Positions 61,938-64,000 of a stretch of DNA of 64,000 nucleotides are shown piece after piece (the stretch's first letter is position 1; each line of letters starts with the position of its first letter). The notes below the pieces were generated by a model. It did not search any database. It saw only the letters and a program-made list of their open reading frames with translations, and was not told the DNA's origin. A program made the position numbers and the translations under genes. The stretch is taken from positions 512,001 to 576,000 of the forward strand of contig JAOZGC010000002.1 of the NCBI GenBank assembly GCA_027491915.1. Reading direction: 5' to 3'. The DNA is from Thermoproteota archaeon. Its GTDB lineage: Archaea; Korarchaeota; Korarchaeia; Korarchaeales; Korarchaeaceae.

Positions 61938-64000
61938 GTGGGGAAGGTGAGGCTCGCCCCCCTGGTGGTCCCCCTGCTGATCCCCCTCATCGCGGCGGCC
62001 CGACCCGCGGCCCCGTCGGCCCAGGGCCTGACGGTGGTGGAGAGGCTCTGGGTCAAGCCCCTGTGGGGTTCCGTCGGGGGGCTGGGGTGGACGCCCGACG
62101 GATCGGCCCTGGTAGCTGGCACGGGCACGGGATCCGTCTTCTCGATCTCCCCCGAGGGGGTCGGCCTGTGGACCAGGGGGGTCGGATCCACCGTCACCGC
62201 CCTCTCCCTTTCCGGCGGGACAATCCTGGTCGGCACCGATTCGGGGATCCTGGCGGCCTACGACGAGTCCGGCGGGATATCCTGGTCCGCGGACCTGGGG
62301 ATCCCCGTCTACTCCCTCGTCCCCGTCCCCGGGGGCTGGATCGCCGCCGCAGGCGGGGACCTCCTGTACGCGCGGAACGGCTCGGTCGCCCCGGTCGGCG
62401 TCAACCTCAGCTTCCCCCCCAGGATCGTCTCCGGGTGCGGCGGGAGGCTCGTCGCCGCGGGCCCGGGGGCGGCGGCGATCATCGACCTCCCCAACATGAC
62501 CGTCTCCCTCACCGTGGACCTGCCCGGGGCGGCCTCCTCCCTGGCCTGCGGCCCCTCTGGGGTGGCCCTCGGGGACGATGAGGGGATGCTGACGGTGGTG
62601 GAGGGCAACTCAACCCTGTCCTTCGACCTGGGAGTCGGGATCGAGGCGCTCTCCTGGTCGCCGGGGGACCTCCTGGCCGCCGGCCTGGCGGACGGGAGGG
62701 TGGTGGTCCTGACCCCGACCGGGGAGGTCGTCTGGAACTCCACGTCGCCGTCCCCGGTGACTACCCTGGCTTGGGACCCGTCAGGATCCCTCCTGGCCGT
62801 CGGGACCTCCTCGGGGTGGTTCTACGTGTACACCGGCGCCGGGACCGAGTCCCACCGGGTCGACCTCGGGGACCGGGTGTGCTCCCTCTCCTGGTCGCCG
62901 GACGGATCCCTCCTGGCCGTCGGGACCTGGGACGTTCACCTCTTCGCCGTCTCCAGGCCGGGGTTCAGGCTGGAGGTCTCTCCCTCCCCAGACGGCTCCG
63001 CCCTGGAGGTGTTGGTGTCCGTCTCCCCTCCCCTGCCCTCGCCGCTGGAGGCGGTCGTCTCTGCCGTCGAGGGGGGTGTGGAGGTGGCCCGGGGACCCGT
63101 CCTGATATCGGGGGGCGGCGGGACCGCCGGGCTGAACCTGACCCTCCCGCCCGGGGATCACGCGCTGGCGGTCAGGCTCCTGGTGTCGGGGAAGGAGGCT
63201 GCCTCCCGGGTCGTGGAGGTCTCCGTCCCACCCTCCGTCTCCGGGGCCGCCTCCTGGTCTCGGGGGCGGCTCCGCGTTAACCTGACGGTGGTCGGCGGCC
63301 CCCTATCCGGGAGGCTCGAGGTCTCCGAGTCCGGCCGGACCCTGGCGAGGGTGGACCTCAACCTGCCCGAGGGAAACTCCCCTCTGGAGGTCCCCCTGGA
63401 ACTACCCCCGGGGGATCACCGGCTCTCGGTGGCGGTCACCGGCAGGTGGGGCGGGCTGTGGGAGGGGGAGGTGTCGGCCGCCGTCAGGGGTTTCTCGGTT
63501 CTGGCCTCCCCCTCCGGGGAGGGGGGCGCGCTGTCCGTCACGGTGTCGGCGGACCCTCCCCCGTCCCCCGGCGAGACCCTGAACCTGACCCTGAGGCTCT
63601 CCGAGGGTGGGGTGGAGGTGTGGGTCGGTCGGGTCTCCCTCTCCGGTCCTTCCTCCCACCTGGAGGTCCCCCTGGAACTACCCCCCGGGGATCACTCGAT
63701 CCTGGTCGAGGCGGTCTCCGGCGGGGAGGTGGTCGCCTCTACCAGGGTCGAGATCCGCGCGCCCGGCGGCCCCCAGATCCTCCCCTACGCGGGCCTGGTC
63801 GCGGCGGCCGCGGTCGGGGCGGCCGCCTTCAGACTCAGGAGGAGATCGACCGACGCCGAACTCAAGTTAAGGATCCTGGAGGAGGCCCTCTCCGGGCGGG
63901 ACCTCACCCCGGAGCTGGTCGCCTCGAGGCTCGGGATCTCCAGATCCAGGGCCGCGAGGCTCCTGGAGGAGCTCAGGGAGGAGGGATCCCTGGAGGGGTG
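61938..64000 (+). CDS. Secreted WD40-like beta-propeller + Ig-like repeats + TM + cytoplasmic winged-helix (runs to the window edge; next codon begins TG at 63999, possibly the stop)
   Basis: Manually read frame from GTG 61938: signal peptide, LGWTPDGS / LSWSPG / LAWDPSGSLLAVG / LSWSPDGSLLAVG, LPPGDH x3, AGLVAAAAVGAAAF-RLRRR, LTPELVASRLGISRSRAARLLEELREEG. Confidence 0.75.
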   Translation, partial: MGKVRLAPLVVPLLIPLIAAARPAAPSAQGLTVVERLWVKPLWGSVGGLGWTPDGSALVAGTGTGSVFSISPEGVGLWTRGVGSTVTALSLSGGTILVGTDSGILAAYDESGGISWSADLGIPVYSLVPVPGGWIAAAGGDLLYARNGSVAPVGVNLSFPPRIVSGCGGRLVAAGPGAAAIIDLPNMTVSLTVDLPGAASSLACGPSGVALGDDEGMLTVVEGNSTLSFDLGVGIEALSWSPGDLLAAGLADGRVVVLTPTGEVVWNSTSPSPVTTLAWDPSGSLLAVGTSSGWFYVYTGAGTESHRVDLGDRVCSLSWSPDGSLLAVGTWDVHLFAVSRPGFRLEVSPSPDGSALEVLVSVSPPLPSPLEAVVSAVEGGVEVARGPVLISGGGGTAGLNLTLPPGDHALAVRLLVSGKEAASRVVEVSVPPSVSGAASWSRGRLRVNLTVVGGPLSGRLEVSESGRTLARVDLNLPEGNSPLEVPLELPPGDHRLSVAVTGRWGGLWEGEVSAAVRGFSVLASPSGEGGALSVTVSADPPPSPGETLNLTLRLSEGGVEVWVGRVSLSGPSSHLEVPLELPPGDHSILVEAVSGGEVVASTRVEIRAPGGPQILPYAGLVAAAAVGAAAFRLRRRSTDAELKLRILEEALSGRDLTPELVASRLGISRSRAARLLEELREEGSLEG

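Noticed and set aside
1-64000. Hundreds of long overlapping Pro/Gly/Arg-rich ORFs in the track (e.g. 6903-8540, 25063-26655, 42030-43889, 45415-47004)
   Set aside because: Shadow frames of recognisable genes; stop codons are rare at this GC content and the products have no motifs

Overview
Gene-dense, very GC-rich chromosomal window from an archaeon, probably a thermophilic TACK/Thermoproteota lineage and possibly Korarchaeia. This is inferred from AGG/ATA codon preference, TATA-type promoters, GGTGA/GGAGG RBS, archaeal-type LeuRS, geranylgeranyl reductase, a JAMM protease and a C/D-box sRNA. About 70 real genes are present; most other ORFs in the track are GC-driven shadow frames. Housekeeping and metabolic content: leuS, thrBC, nadE, AlaX, peroxiredoxin, GGR plus ferredoxin, fixABC, fixX with an acyl-CoA dehydrogenase, carbamate kinase with an ECF transporter, a BMP nucleoside ABC transporter and a DrrAB-type exporter. 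There are many toxin-antitoxin pieces (three HEPN/MNT pairs, a decayed HepT/MNT pair, VapBC, a frameshifted AbiEi relic, an orphan Panacea-like gene) and five large secreted or surface proteins. No CRISPR array, rRNA, tRNA, integrase or transposase was seen. Best leads: (1) a PadR-linked module of Trp/Gly/Arg low-complexity proteins sharing one coiled coil and one operator-like palindrome; (2) a beta-propeller-TM-wHTH membrane-spanning regulator candidate; (3) an unannotated C/D-box guide RNA plus a neighbouring promoter-hairpin element; (4) an ECF transporter in an operon with carbamate kinase; (5) a dual glycoside-hydrolase protein next to a PGRS-like surface protein. 9420-9575 looks like a read-merging artifact. 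All family assignments come from motif recognition by eye, not database searches.
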